A stretch of 64,000 bases of DNA from Eledone cirrhosa (lineage: Eukaryota), in the NCBI GenBank assembly GCA_964016885.1, contig OZ024747.1, forward strand, positions 77,500,001-77,564,000, given 5' to 3'. The translations under genes and the position numbers were made by a program. Under the pieces are notes generated by a model. The model had not been told where the DNA came from. It saw only the letters and a list, made by a program, of their open reading frames with translations, and did not search any database. Shown one piece after another: positions 1 to 12,153 of the stretch. Each line of letters begins with the position of its first letter. Positions within the stretch are counted from its first letter, which is position 1.

Positions 1-90
1 GCACACACACATACACACACACACACACATATATATAGTTAAATAAGATAACAAGGACGATTGGTTACTCCTTCATTACGTTTATTGGTT

Positions 91-176
91 GGCGACGCGC
101 GTTTCGCCACTGACCAGCTCAAGGTTTGATCTGTATCGATCTGACCTGACTCTGTTTACCGGCGGCTCGTCAGACC
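91..176 (-). ncRNA. Type-I hammerhead ribozyme motif in a Penelope-pLTR-like remnant (element ~33-180)
   Basis: Minus strand reads GGT-CTGACGA-GCCGCCGG...(long loop)...TCAGTGGC-GAAA-CGCGCG-TC-GCC: canonical CUGANGA/GAAA core, palindromic stem III, GUC cleavage triplet, 3-bp stem I. The 3' half recurs inverted at ~1655-1747. Confidence 0.7.
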
Positions 177-294
177 CCTTGTAATGTTAATATATATATA
201 TATCTTAATCGATCGACTTTCGTCAAATCGGACCGAGGAAACAATGTTTCCGTTGGTCTTTCCAGTTGCTAGTACTATCTATCGGTCGCAAATC

Positions 295-422
295 CAGGTA
301 GATGGAGCAACGTGAAATAAAGTGTCTTGCTCAAGGACATAACGCATCGCCCGGTCCAGGAATCGAACTCACAACCTCAACATTGTGAATCCAATTCTCT
401 AACCACTCAGCCACACGCCTTC
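295..422 (-). mobile_element. tRNA-derived SINE, family 2 (CORE/V-like central segment), 5' part
   Basis: Minus strand has A box TGGCTGAGTGG, B box GTTCGATTCC, then GTCCTTGAGCAAGACACTTTATTTCACGTTGCTCC. The same head occurs at ~12670-12776 and ~17700-17822. Confidence 0.75.
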
Positions 423-576
423 ATATATATATATATATATATACATATGAAATTAAAAAACGCTTTCAAATAAAGAGGAATTGAGGTAGTAGTCAGAGAG
501 CTACCTCCATCAATCCGTTATACATACATTCATACACACACACACATCTATCTATCTATCTATTTATCTATCTCTA

Positions 577-1030
<454 letters not shown>

Positions 1031-1054
1031 CATCACATACCTCCGATTGCTGTG

Positions 1055-1342
1055 TCACTCATGAGAGATTTGCTTACTAACTCAAGCAGGTGGAGCGACC
1101 AGGTCCTATCGAATGGCATGTTAGTAGTGGTATTATGTGATGATGTCAGTGATGACAGAGTGAGTAAATTTTGCCTTGGAAACATAAAACAAACTTAAAT
1201 AGGTTAAGATATCAAGATAAAAAAAGAAAGAAAGATAGGTAGAATTGTCTCAGGTAAACTATTATACCACTACTAACATGGCATTCGATAGGACCTGGTC
1301 GCTCCACCTGCTTGAGTTAGTAAGCAAATCTCTCATGAGTGA
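1055..1342. repeat. Inverted repeat, ~79-bp arms (1055-1133 / 1264-1342)
   Basis: TCACTCATGAGAGATTTGC...GTAGTGGTAT and its near-exact reverse complement ~130 bp downstream. Confidence 0.9.
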
Positions 1343-1542
1343 AACTATTCAGGACACCGTCGACAGTTAGTCTGGGTCATGACTCTTTTCCTAAATATAT
1401 ATATATCCGGATATCGAACCAGCCAACCGGAAATTTATAATAAATTGAAGTAAAAATCAACAGGTAGGTGTATGGACATAGAATAAAAAATGCAAAAGAT
1501 ATTGTTGACAATTTGTCTTTTACCTTAGATTTATTTAAATGT

Positions 1543-1577
1543 CCTTAATTTTCGAGATAATATCTCTTCTTCGGAGG
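1543..1577 (-). ncRNA. Minimal hammerhead-like motif (U4C core variant)
   Basis: Minus strand CCT-CCGAAGA-A-GAGAT-ATT-ATCTC-GAAA-AT-TA-AGG; stems I and II pair. Confidence 0.5.
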
Positions 1578-1599
1578 GAAGTAAAGCGGTTAAACCAGT

Positions 1600-1656
1600 G
1601 TTCTAAATAGCTTGCCAAGTCCTGCTGACAGCAGGACTTGGCAAGCTATTTAGAAC
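1600..1656. repeat. Perfect palindrome, 28-bp arms, 1-nt spacer
   Basis: GTTCTAAATAGCTTGCCAAGTCCTGCTG-A-CAGCAGGACTTGGCAAGCTATTTAGAAC. Confidence 0.95.
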
Positions 1657-1742
1657 CTTGAGCTGGTCAGTGGCGAAACGCGCGTCGCAAACCAATAAAC
1701 GTAATGAAGGAGTAACCAATCGTCCTTGTTATCTTATTTAAC

Positions 1743-1807
<65 letters not shown>

Positions 1808-1916
1808 ATGCATATACATATACATATACTTACTATTCTTATCATGGAAGTCTTAGTGGTTCTATAGTTCCGCGACTCTGCGACCTCAGTCTATGTATAA
1901 TATCTCATTCTATTTT

Positions 1917-1950
1917 CTGACGAAGGACTAGCGTCCGAAACGTTAAGACC
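1917..1950 (+). ncRNA. Minimal hammerhead core (stem I poorly supported)
   Basis: CTGACGA-A-GGAC-TAGC-GTCC-GAAA-CGTT-A with palindromic AACGTT, followed by an AT/pyrimidine-rich pLTR-like tail. Confidence 0.5.
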
Positions 1951-2066
1951 CTTTTCCTACTATGTCAAGCGTAAAACTAATAATATATTTCTTCGTTTTA
2001 CTGTGTCGTTTGCTTTGTTATTTCTGTTTGCCTTTTTCATTCATACATAGAAACATACATAGAAAC

Positions 2067-2662
2067 ATGGTGGCTGCCAACTCATTTTGGAGTACGGCCA
2101 CTACTTTATATCCATGTATCCGATGCGCTGAACGAGTGTGACTTTTTAGTCCAGCCAGCGACTTGAAAACTCTGGTACAAACACTATACTTGTGACAATT
2201 ATTGACACATAGTGCTGGGCCCATGGTACCATGTGACGACAAGTGCAGAGAGATCTCCAGATATAAAGCAATGCCTGTGCCGTGAAGCTTTTATAGTGAG
2301 CAAAGGCACTGCACAAAGCCAGTCCCACTCTCTTAACCAAGATGATATTTACCAAAAAGAAGAACAAGTCAACATCATTGGATATCATCAGAGTTGCAGG
2401 TGTTATATCAGAGTTTTCCTTCTCCTAGAATTCTGCCTTGACAAAGGCTAAGGGGTCATCTCTACCGGTGATTTTGGATGGCCATTGACTCTTAAGAGCT
2501 CCTTTGCCCTTTGACAGGTTTTGTTTTTAGTCCTGCAGGATGTCCAAAGTCACCCTCCTCACCAAGAAACCTTGGTGGGGTTGCCAGTTTAGTCGCCAAC
2601 GACCCGACCATGAGACGGGTTGTACTGAGATACATGTTACCAGTAGCACCAACTGGTGACCT
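2067..2662 (-). mobile_element. Short non-autonomous RTE-like retroelement, copy 1 (~600 bp)
   Basis: Highly similar to 53860-54471. The 3' part encodes a C2H2-like remnant (CSVCTRVFKSLAGLKSHTRSAH-type) and ends in an (ATGT)n-like tail; no RT is present. Confidence 0.6.
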
Positions 2663-2677
2663 TATATAAAAACATAC

Positions 2678-2710
<33 letters not shown>

Positions 2711-2757
2711 CAGAGAGAGAGATTAGAAATGTTACTGCAACAGATAAAAAATTGAAG

Positions 2758-2812
<55 letters not shown>

Positions 2813-2860
2813 GAATTTTATTTCTCGCCCTAGCACATATATATATACATATATATATAC

Positions 2861-2936
<76 letters not shown>

Positions 2937-3340
2937 TGTATGTACATATGTGTGTATGCATGTAGATCGATGAGTAGGTGTGTATAAGGGATTGGTGGAG
3001 GTAGTGGGTTAATTATACTGTATTAATTTAAAAATTAATTGAAATTAACAGTAAAAAGTAATGAGCTAAATTTTGCATAAATTGTCATCATATTAAAATT
3101 ATTAATCTAATTTCATTTTAAAATACTCAGCATCAAATAACTTCAAGAATTGAATTTACTAACAATTTCAAATATCTTGTCATCTCAATTAGCAGATTTT
3201 TGATTAATAATGAATGAGAACAAAGAATTAATTGTGATATTTACTTTCTAGGCTCAAGTCATAATTTAATAGACTTTTTCCTCACGCAAAAAGTATCAAG
3301 AAACAAATCGCTATCCTTATGTTTAAATTAGGAAGCATTA

Positions 3341-3715
3341 TTGGATTGGCAGTATCAGTAGAGGCTCGGACATGCTTTCCAGCATAGTTACGTCCCTTTA
3401 TGATCTGAGTTCAAATCCCGCTGAGGTTAACTTTGCCTTTCATCCATACGTGGTCGATAAAATAAAGTACCAGTAATGCACTGGGTAATTGCTGGCCTTG
3501 TGCCAAAAGTAGAAACAATTATTATAAAGGGCGGTGGATTGGCAGTATCAGTAGAGGGTCAGACACCATGCTTTGCAGCATAGAGTTACGGCCCTTTATG
3601 TTCAGAGTTTAAATCCCGCCGAGGTTAACTTTGTCTTACGGGTTCGATAAAAAAAGGTTCCAGTAATACACTGGGATAATTGCTGGTCTTGTGCCAAAAG
3701 TAGAAACAATTATTA
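3341..3715 (+). mobile_element. Two tandem tRNA-derived SINEs, family 1 (Nin/Deu-like domain): 3341-3525 and 3528-3715
   Basis: A box TGGCAGTATCAGT, B box GAGTTCAAATCC, central GCCTTTCATCC..GGTCGATAAAATAAAGTACCAG, (ATT)n tail. The second copy is flanked by TSD ATTATTATAAAG (3518-3529 / 3709-3720). Confidence 0.9.
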
Positions 3716-3907
3716 TAAAGAATCTAGGGCGTGTTTCTATCGTCATAATGTCAGGCAAACACCATAGGAAATAATTGTTTCCAAGCAACAAAATAATTGT
3801 ACATATTTAAATAAATGTCAGTGTTTCCAAGCAACTCGATAATGGTCTTTTTTCTTTTGCACTATCATAGCGTCCTATTTTACAGAGCGAGTGAATTAGT
3901 GTACTGG

Positions 3908-3977
3908 GTGTGTATGTGTGTATGTGTGTGTGTGTGTCTGTGTGTGTGTCTGTGTGTGTATGTGTATGTGTGTGTGT

Positions 3978-4030
<53 letters not shown>

Positions 4031-4044
4031 TGTGCGTGTGTGTG

Positions 4045-4140
<96 letters not shown>
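3908..4140. repeat. (GT)n microsatellite, representative of many (CA)n, (AT)n, (ATGT)n and (ATT)n tracts
   Basis: Direct reading of the sequence. Confidence 0.95.
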
Positions 4141-4141
<1 letters not shown>

Positions 4142-4520
4142 CAGCAGTAAAATAGGGGTTTCCTGGCAGATAATATAGATATGGCAAGAGCTTCCTCAGA
4201 TTTAAAACCTTACCTGTCACTAGAGCCCCACGGTTGGGGTGGGTTAGGTTTGAGTTCTACTGCACCATACTCGCCTATTTCGTGTTAACACGGATTGGCA
4301 ATCGATTAATTCCTAGTACTTGATTGATGCTATATTTTATCGATTCAGGAAGACTGAAAGGTTAAGTTCGCGGGATTTAAACAAATATTGTAAATTATTT
4401 TATCTGACTTTCTTACGATTCTGCCAATCCATCGCTAGTAACCAGAGAATTGTATATATGTAAATAAATATCATAGAATTCTCTCAATTATTTATAACAT
4501 CTCTTGTATCATTCAACCCA

Positions 4521-4750
4521 AAGAGTACTCAATACTAAATTAGAGTTTAAATATTAATTTTATTAAGGCTTAATAGTGAAATATAAAAGCTTGATACTCT
4601 GGAGTTTCGCCTGTTTATCCCAGGGTCATAAGACAAGTTTTTTTCTGGTGGCTCTAGGATAAGCAGGTGAAACGCCAGAGTAACAAGATTCACTATTTAA
4701 CCTTAATAAAATTAATATTATAACTTTTTTCTCTGCTGTCAACCACATGC

Positions 4751-4752
<2 letters not shown>
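4521..4752. mobile_element. Inverted pair of Penelope-pLTR-like remnants with degenerate hammerhead cores
   Basis: Minus ~4597-4632 reads CTTATGA-CCCTG-GGATAAA-CAGGC-GAAA-CTCCAGAG; a degenerate plus copy lies at ~4655-4752. The same family occurs at ~11478-11560 (+) and 62345-62480 (-). Confidence 0.55.
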
Positions 4753-4824
<72 letters not shown>

Positions 4825-4832
<8 letters not shown>

Positions 4833-5215
4833 TAAGAGGAATTTCAACTTTGTCTGATTTACTCGTTTTATTTACAATCCTTTAAAATTTATAATGGTAT
4901 TATAATGAAATAGTATGATAGAATATTAAATTCTAAGTGTTAATTGAACAAGTACTTTCATGCTTTCGCAATCTTCAGGTTCATAATATGTGGTGACAGT
5001 CAAGTTTGCAATTTTCAACAGTTGAAAATTGCAAACTTGACTGTCACCACATATTATGAACCTGAAGATTGCGAAAGCATGAAAGTACTTGTTCAATTAA
5101 CACTTAGAATTTAATATTCTATCATACTATTTCATTATAATACCATTATAAATTTTAAAGGATTGTAAATAAAACGAGTAAATCAGACAAAGTTGAAATT
5201 CCTCTTATTAATATA
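4825..5215. repeat. Perfect 391-bp palindrome (195-bp arms, centre 5020) with a hammerhead in each arm
   Basis: The arms read as exact reverse complements around ...TTCAAC-A-GTTGAA... Confidence 0.95.
5057..5095 (+). ncRNA. Minimal type-I hammerhead ribozyme (mirror copy 4945-4983 on minus)
   Basis: TGAAC-CTGAAGA-T-TGC-GAAA-GCA-T-GAAA-GTAC-TT-GTTCA: 5-bp stem I, GNRA-capped stem II, palindromic stem III, CUU triplet. Confidence 0.75.
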
Positions 5216-5509
5216 ATCTTCTATACACAATCATACACACCCGTGTATATTTATCTATCTATCTATATATATATATCAATCTAGCTGTCGTCTGTTCTAC
5301 AGCGTAGATGTAATTCACTTCGCGCAGAAGTTTTGTTCCAATTTATTGCGGAAATTTTGTAAGTTCAATTTTAATTTTGATACTATTGTGTAGCTTGACC
5401 CCCCGTCTGAACTGTCAGGCGGTGGGTCAGCTCATCTTCGCCCCTCCCAGGGGTGAAAAACCTGTTTTTAAAAATTTTGTGGCATAAAAAATTCAATCGT
5501 CTGACAGAA

Positions 5510-7420
5510 ATGTTAAACGAAGCTAACGAAAATAGTGGTGGGGGGACAGCGGTAAGAGTTGTAAGCTCGCACGCTTTAGTCCCCCCCCCCCTTCCTTCCC
5601 AACTAACGTCATAGAGAAGGAAAGAAAAAATAAAATAAAAACAGACGAATCTGCGGAGAAAAATGACGAAAACACAAATCTGGACATTGATTCCAACAAC
5701 AACAAAAATTTGAAAAATTGCATGACAATATTAATACCACAAACAAAGACACAACAAACACAAAAATAACATTTGAAAACAACATCATAACAGAAAGCAA
5801 AGCAGACGACAAAGTCAACACCAATAATATTTCATTTGCACAAACAACAAAGAAATCTTTGACATATATACCTGAAAATATTTCAGATGTGGCACAAAGA
5901 ATTACAGACGCCAAACAATACATAACTGAAGGAGAAAATGGTATTTTATCGGTAAAAATGCCTCAAGAACTCACCAAAGACATTGAAAGTCGGACGGTCG
6001 TTTTCCGCACCATCAACAACATTTCTAAAAAACCTCAACAGCCAACACAAACAGAAATCAAAGCAGTACTTACAGAAGTACTTAATGAAACCACTTTCAT
6101 AAGAAGAGACAGACTGTATGGAAGCCTAGCGATTATTATGAAGAACGAATCGGCGGCAAAAAAAATGTGCTTTGTCACCGATTCGTTCGACAAATTTTAC
6201 CTTTTATCCATCTTATATGGGTAAAAGAACTCAGCGCATATGGCTGGATGCAATGATGCCAGATGTGGACTACTGCTGGCTCATAGCTGGCTTCATCGAT
6301 CCAGCGAATGACAACGTGATTTCCATTGGGAAAACCACAGGCAATGCGTTCAGTGGAACAGGTATAGAACTTGTAGTGCAAATGAAGCCTGAACGCATCG
6401 CCCAAATACCCGACAGAATCCTATTAGAGGGCCACGGGTATATAAACATTAGCGTGGAGGGGAGAAGGCCGTCCTGTCATATCTGTGCAGGCAGAGGGCA
6501 CCTGAAGGCGGCTTGTCCCCAACTCAACAAAAAGAAAACCCTGCTACCAACACCAGCTCCACCACCACCACAACGGATAAACAAACAACAAAACTCAGTC
6601 CCACCCAACCCGTCCCTCAGTAAAACTACACCACCACCACAACACAAACAGTCACAACACATTACCCAAAAACAAAACACAGTCCCACCCAACCCCTCAC
6701 TCAATAAAACAACACAACCACCGCAGCCACAACACACAACACAGTCTAACATAGTGACATCCATCTCCCCCACAAAGAAAACCAACACGGAAACATTACC
6801 AGCAAACATACCTCTTCCCTCCAACACTGAAGATAACCCAACGAATTCGGAGGAAGAAACGGAGTCCTTCAGACAGATTAAAAGGAAAAATAATAAAACA
6901 TGTGCAAAACACACAAGGCCAAACAACCCCTACCCAAATGTCAACACAATCCAACAAAACACAAAACACCCCTCCAGCAACAAACAAAACCAAACTTGCC
7001 CCTCCCCTCTTCGAAACACTCACACCATCCGAAAAAAAGACATTACACTATACTTACATCAACAGAAACAATAATAAATTAAATGAACTCATAAACAATA
7101 ATCCTTCGGTACAAACCGAAGGTGTAAACTTTGTTTCTTCAGAAAACTACCCACATTTAAAATTAATACAGATCCCAATGAACCTCTACCAAAAACTAAA
7201 AAAGGATTTTAAGGAGGACGTAGGACCGCCCTCTGTCAAACCCATAAACCGCGTCCTACTAAAAAGCTTTCCCCCTCCCCTTCCCCTCCCCAACACAACT
7301 CCAAACACCCCAACCCCACCACACACTGACGACCCCACACCACCACAAGACACCCCTTCACCCAACACCCCCGACCCCATGGAAGTCGTGCGACCCGAAC
7401 CCCGGGAAGCAAAAAGGTAG
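5510..7420 (+). pseudogene. Tx1 A ORF1 (Gag-like, CCHC zinc knuckle), frameshifted
   Basis: Fragments 5718-6224, 6172-7074, 6902-7420; VEGRRPSCHICAGRGHLKAAC followed by a P/T/Q/N-rich linker. Confidence 0.8.
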
Positions 7421-7453
7421 GTCTCTACACTCTCCTTTGGCTTTGCCGCCCAC

Positions 7454-10400
7454 ATGGATGTATTAAGAGTAGGATGTTTGAATGCACGTGGCCTGGGCTC
7501 AACTTGGAAGCAAGCAAAGCTTCTAAATGACCTCAGGTCACGTGGTATAAATGTAATGGTTATCTATGAGACTCGGATCAGCATCGTGCGGCAGCTGGCC
7601 CCCACCTTCGATGACTTTGAGGTGCATGCATCTCTCTGTCAACCTGGAGGTGGAGGTGGGGTTGTCGTACTGCTGGAAAAACACCTGGGTCTCGCCGTAC
7701 AGGTTGTTCACTCGGACCCGGAGGGTCGTTTGTTGGTGCTAGACGTTGGCAGTAGTGAAGGTGCGGCCTTGAGACTGGTCGCCGTCTACTCCCCTTTCGG
7801 AGCTGAACGGCCCGACTTCTTCCAGCGTTTGGAGACTTTTCTGGGAACGTCGCGTTCCCTGCTTCTAGCGGGGGATTGGAATGACATCCTAGATGCACGT
7901 TGGGACTATGCAGGAGCACGTCCTAATAGAGGGGGGTGTAACAGTCTCAAGGGGTTACTCGACCGTTTTAACTTGGTCGATAGATATCGACTAGATTTTC
8001 CAACTGTGCCAACCTGGATTTGGACGAACCACAGTGGTCAATCTAGATCGTACTTAGATAGATTCTTAGTTAGAAGTAAGGATAGGGACATATTAAGCTG
8101 TCCAGAAATGCTCACGGTTGGCTATACGGATCACAAATTAGTGACCTGCGTAGTCAATCTCGAGAAAACACATAAACAGGGTCCCGGTTACTGGAAACTT
8201 AATTTGTCTTTACCGGCAAAAGAGACTTATAGAAACCGGATTAGCAGATTGGTTAAGGAGAGGTTGACAACCCATGGGTGGCATCTCTCAAAAGAGAGAT
8301 TAGAACAGAATCAATAAGTTATATCAAGATGTTATCTGCCGATAGGAATATAAACGAGAAAGAATTAACAGGTAAATTAGAAGAGGCAATCAAGAGCGAA
8401 GATGTGGCCAGAGTACTGGCATCGAGGACGGCCTTGAACCAGTTTTTCGATGCAAAGCACGAAGGCTGCGTCATTCGAAGTAAAATACGTGCTCTAGGTA
8501 ATGAGGGGGCCAAAGCCGTTGGCTGGGCCCGCGTGACAGAAGCTAAGAGTGGAAATCGATCCACCATCCGGTCGTTGCAAGACTAGGATGGACGGGTGAT
8601 CCGGGAGCCTAAGAAGATGTGCGAGGCCTTTCAAAGGCACTTTGCCCGATTATTCGGGGTAGGGGAGGGTCGGAGCGGGGACGTGGATTTCGGTCCATAC
8701 CTCGACGGCCTGCCGCGTCTCTCGAGCGAAGAGGCAGAGTCCTGCGAGGGACCAATCTCGGCTGATGAGATCGGGGATGCGCTGAGCCAATGCAGCAGAC
8801 GCAAATCTCCAGGTCTCGATGGTATACCTTACGAACTTTATTTAGCAATGCCGGTCTTCTTCTCCGAACTCCTCGAAGCGGTCTACTGCAATTGGCAGCA
8901 GAACGGGAGAATTCCTTGTTCTGTAGCCAAGGGCGTAGTCTCGCTGGTGAGGAAGGACGAGAACAAGGAGAACAAGGGGGATAGTATAAATAATGTTCGG
9001 CCCATAACCCTGCTAAACACAGAGTTAAAGATTTTGGCCAAGGTGTTAGCAAAGAGGTTGGCGCTTATCGTGGGTGGCCTGGTGGGAAATGCGCAGACAT
9101 GTGCTATCCCATCCAGGTCCATTCACGATAACCTCCACCTCATGCGATACATCATAGAGAGGGTTGGCAACAAACCCGGCTTCGGTGGGGCCCTGATCAA
9201 CTTGGATCAGTCTAAGGCCTTCGATAGGGTCGACCATGGTTACCTGGATGCGGTGCTAGCGGCGGCTGGGTTCGGTCCTGTTTTCATAGGCTGGATCACT
9301 GCCTTACATAGCAACAACATCTGTTCTAGGATCAAGGTGAACGGCTACCTTTCGAAGTCGTTCGAAATCACACGATCCATTCGACAGGGGGGGGGGGGGC
9401 CTCTCTCCTCCCTTCTGTACGTATTGACTCTCGAGCCTTTACTGAGGAAGTTGGAGTTGTTGCAGGGTATCCCCCTGGAACCAGCATTGAGCAAAGCGGT
9501 GTCGGCCTACGCCGATGACGTAACAGTAATGGTATCGACCGACTCGGAGATCGAGGCGATCGGTACCTTACTGGAGGATTACGGAAGGTTGTCAGGAGCG
9601 AAACTGAACCGGGAAAAATCCATCGAGCTGCAACTCGGAAGGCAGACCGATGCCTCCCGACAGTGTCATCGGACACTGGACGGAGGGCCAAGTGAAGTTG
9701 CTTGGGGTCTTGTTTGGACCGGACCTCCAGGTGGAAAAGAACTGGAACGAGGTTACGAACAAGGTGTTTGCACTAACCCAGAAATGGGCCAAGTGTAAGC
9801 TGTCCCTAAAAGGTCGGGCGGAGGTGGAGAACATTTACATAGCGTCCGTCACTTACTACCGCCTGACTGTCGTGCCTTGCCCTAAGGAAACACTCACCAC
9901 CATGGAACGCATGCTCTTCCAATTTCTTTGGAAGAAGCGCCCTCCTATGGTGAGAAGATCCATCTGCTGCCAACAACCTTCGAAAGGAGGGCTGGGGATG
10001 CCGTGGTTGATGATGCGTAGGCACGCATTAAGGCTACGGCACCTACAGGTATTCCTCACTGGTCAACCGGTGTGGGCTCCGTTCGTGAAACGAGCCTTTC
10101 CGAGACTCGTCTCGCTCACCGAGCTGCAGTCCTGGGTCAAGCAAAGATCCGGAAAACTAGGAGACTGGCACACTGAGTGTGCCCAGGCGCTCAGGGCTCT
10201 CTGGCAAGCGGGCCAGGCCATCGGTGGAGAATCCACCTCATCATTCTATAGAGGGCTGGTGGCTAGCAGGGGCGATGACACCCTTGGAGAGTCGCTGGAC
10301 ATGGAAGAGGACGAACTGGCCAGCCTGTTCGGTAGGACTTTCGGCCCGGGACCAATGGACAACTTCCAGAAGTCACTAGCCTGGCAGTGCTACCGGGGGG

Positions 10401-10882
10401 CTCTACCCGTTCGAGAGAGGCTCTACAGACACGGGCGCCCGGGCAGGGATCCCTCAAAAAAGATTTGCCCTAGATGCGTGCGTCACGAAGAAACCGTTGC
10501 GCACGCATTGGTGCAATGTCCGGGCGTGGCTGATCTATGGGGCTACGCCGAACGACTGCTGTCGCGTGTGGCGCCGATTCGATTGACCGCCGAGTCCGTG
10601 ATGACAATCAAGCCGCCTCCCCTCTTCACAAAGGAAGCAAAGGCGGTTTTTCTGTGCGTAATAGCCATGTTGAAAGAGGTTGTTTGGTGGACACGATTGA
10701 AAGGTCTGAGATCAGGCAACTTCCTCTCTGGCCATAGTCTGGTCTACTTCTTCCGATATCACTTCGGAAGAAGGATAAGAATGGAGAGAGAGGTGCTTGG
10801 CCACAGGCAGTTTTATGAAAGGTGGGTGATAGTGGCGAGAATGGCTCGTGTAAATGGGCCTTCTCTGTATACCATCCTGTAG
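7454..10882 (+). pseudogene. Tx1 A ORF2 (APE endonuclease, reverse transcriptase, C-terminal CCHC), disrupted
   Basis: LNARGL, GDWN, SYLDRF, TDHK, PGYWKLN; KSPGLDG, RPITLLN, LDQSKAFDRV, YADD; CPRC..ET..HALVQC. Frameshifts plus a stop at 8584-8586. Confidence 0.92.
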
Positions 10883-11093
10883 GTAAAGAAGTGAAGGAGA
10901 GGGAGCACCTTCTCCATGTGCTCCCCGGGCAAAGGATTGCACACTTTTTCGGGGGTGTGTGCAACCCCCATCACGTCCCCTCCCTTTTGAGGTTGTTTTC
11001 CATTATTTTCATTTTATACCCTTTTTACTCGATTTTATGTAAACTCCCCCTTTGTATTTGTCCCTTCTTTTTATGCCTTTATGGTAAATAAAG

Positions 11094-11150
<57 letters not shown>

Positions 11151-11222
11151 GTTCACCCAGGTGAGCATTCGACGTTTAGGCTCACGTCGGTAGCGAGGTG
11201 TAGAGCGAGACAGAGTGTAATA

Positions 11223-11407
11223 TAATAATTGTTTCTACTTTTGGCACAAGGCCAGCAATTATCCAGTGCATTACTGGTACTTTATTTTATCGACCTCGTA
11301 AGGATGAAAGGCAAAGTTAACCTCGACGGGATTTGAACTCATAATGACAAAGGCCGTAACTCTATTTGTCAAAGCATGGCGTCCGACCCTCTAACGATAC
11401 TGCCAAT
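11223..11407 (-). mobile_element. SINE family 1
   Basis: Reverse complement of the 3528-3715 type. Confidence 0.9.
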
Positions 11408-11879
11408 ACAAGGACGATTGATTGGTGACGCACGTTTCGCTATTGACCGATACAAATCGATACAGATCGATACAGATACAGAGTAAGAAGACTCACTATT
11501 TCACCTTAATAAAATGAATATTAAAACTCTACTTCAGTATTGAGTACTCTTTACTGTCAGCTATCAAAATATATATATATATCTAAAATAAGGCACAGGT
11601 TAACCAATAAAGCACTATAAATTAAAGGAACTCGCCGACATTTCACCCTAGAGCTAGATTACTTATTTATTGAGATGTATATTACTGACAAATGTATATA
11701 CACAATGATATTAAATAAATGGAAACTATATTTATAAAACCATATTTATTCTATTATATATATTTCAAGGGTACCAAAACTTTGCTACGCTCTCATCAGA
11801 TAAAATACAAAGTTTGTTTTATAAATGCTGACATAACCAAGAAAAGATACCTTAACGGTTCAAGTTTTTCTTGTATATA

Positions 11880-11998
11880 TAGGAAAATGTTCAAGACCTC
11901 GACGGCAGAGCTCAAGCCGTTTCGACGGCTATTTCCGTCCAGAAATAGCCGTTGAAACGGGTTGAGCTCTGCCGTCGAGGTCTTGAACATTTTCCTAT
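11880..11998. repeat. Near-perfect palindrome (~56-bp arms) of a Penelope-like tail; related palindrome at 61616-61702
   Basis: AGGAAAATGTTCAAGACCTCGACGGCAGAGCTCAAGCCG...CGGGTTGAGCTCTGCCGTCGAGGTCTTGAACATTTTCCT. The continuation 11998-12080 matches 59413-59493 inverted. Confidence 0.85.
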
Positions 11999-12153
11999 TA
12001 CCCACTCTACTACCCAAAGTATTGAGTACTCTGGTGCGTTATGGTTCACCTGGTTCCTTACCACATTTCCTTCGTTATATATATATATAATTGGTGTTGG
12101 ATGCTTAAAGCGTCCGTATGCGGTAGGCCGTTTGAGCATGCGATGCTCTCATT

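Larger units (their letters stand above)
5277..11096 (+). mobile_element. L1/Tx1-clade non-LTR retrotransposon A, near full length, degraded
   Basis: 5' UTR, ORF1, ORF2 (APE-RT-CCHC) and a T-rich 3' UTR ending AATAAAGAAA; flanked on both sides by (AT)n. The 5' boundary is approximate. Confidence 0.9.
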
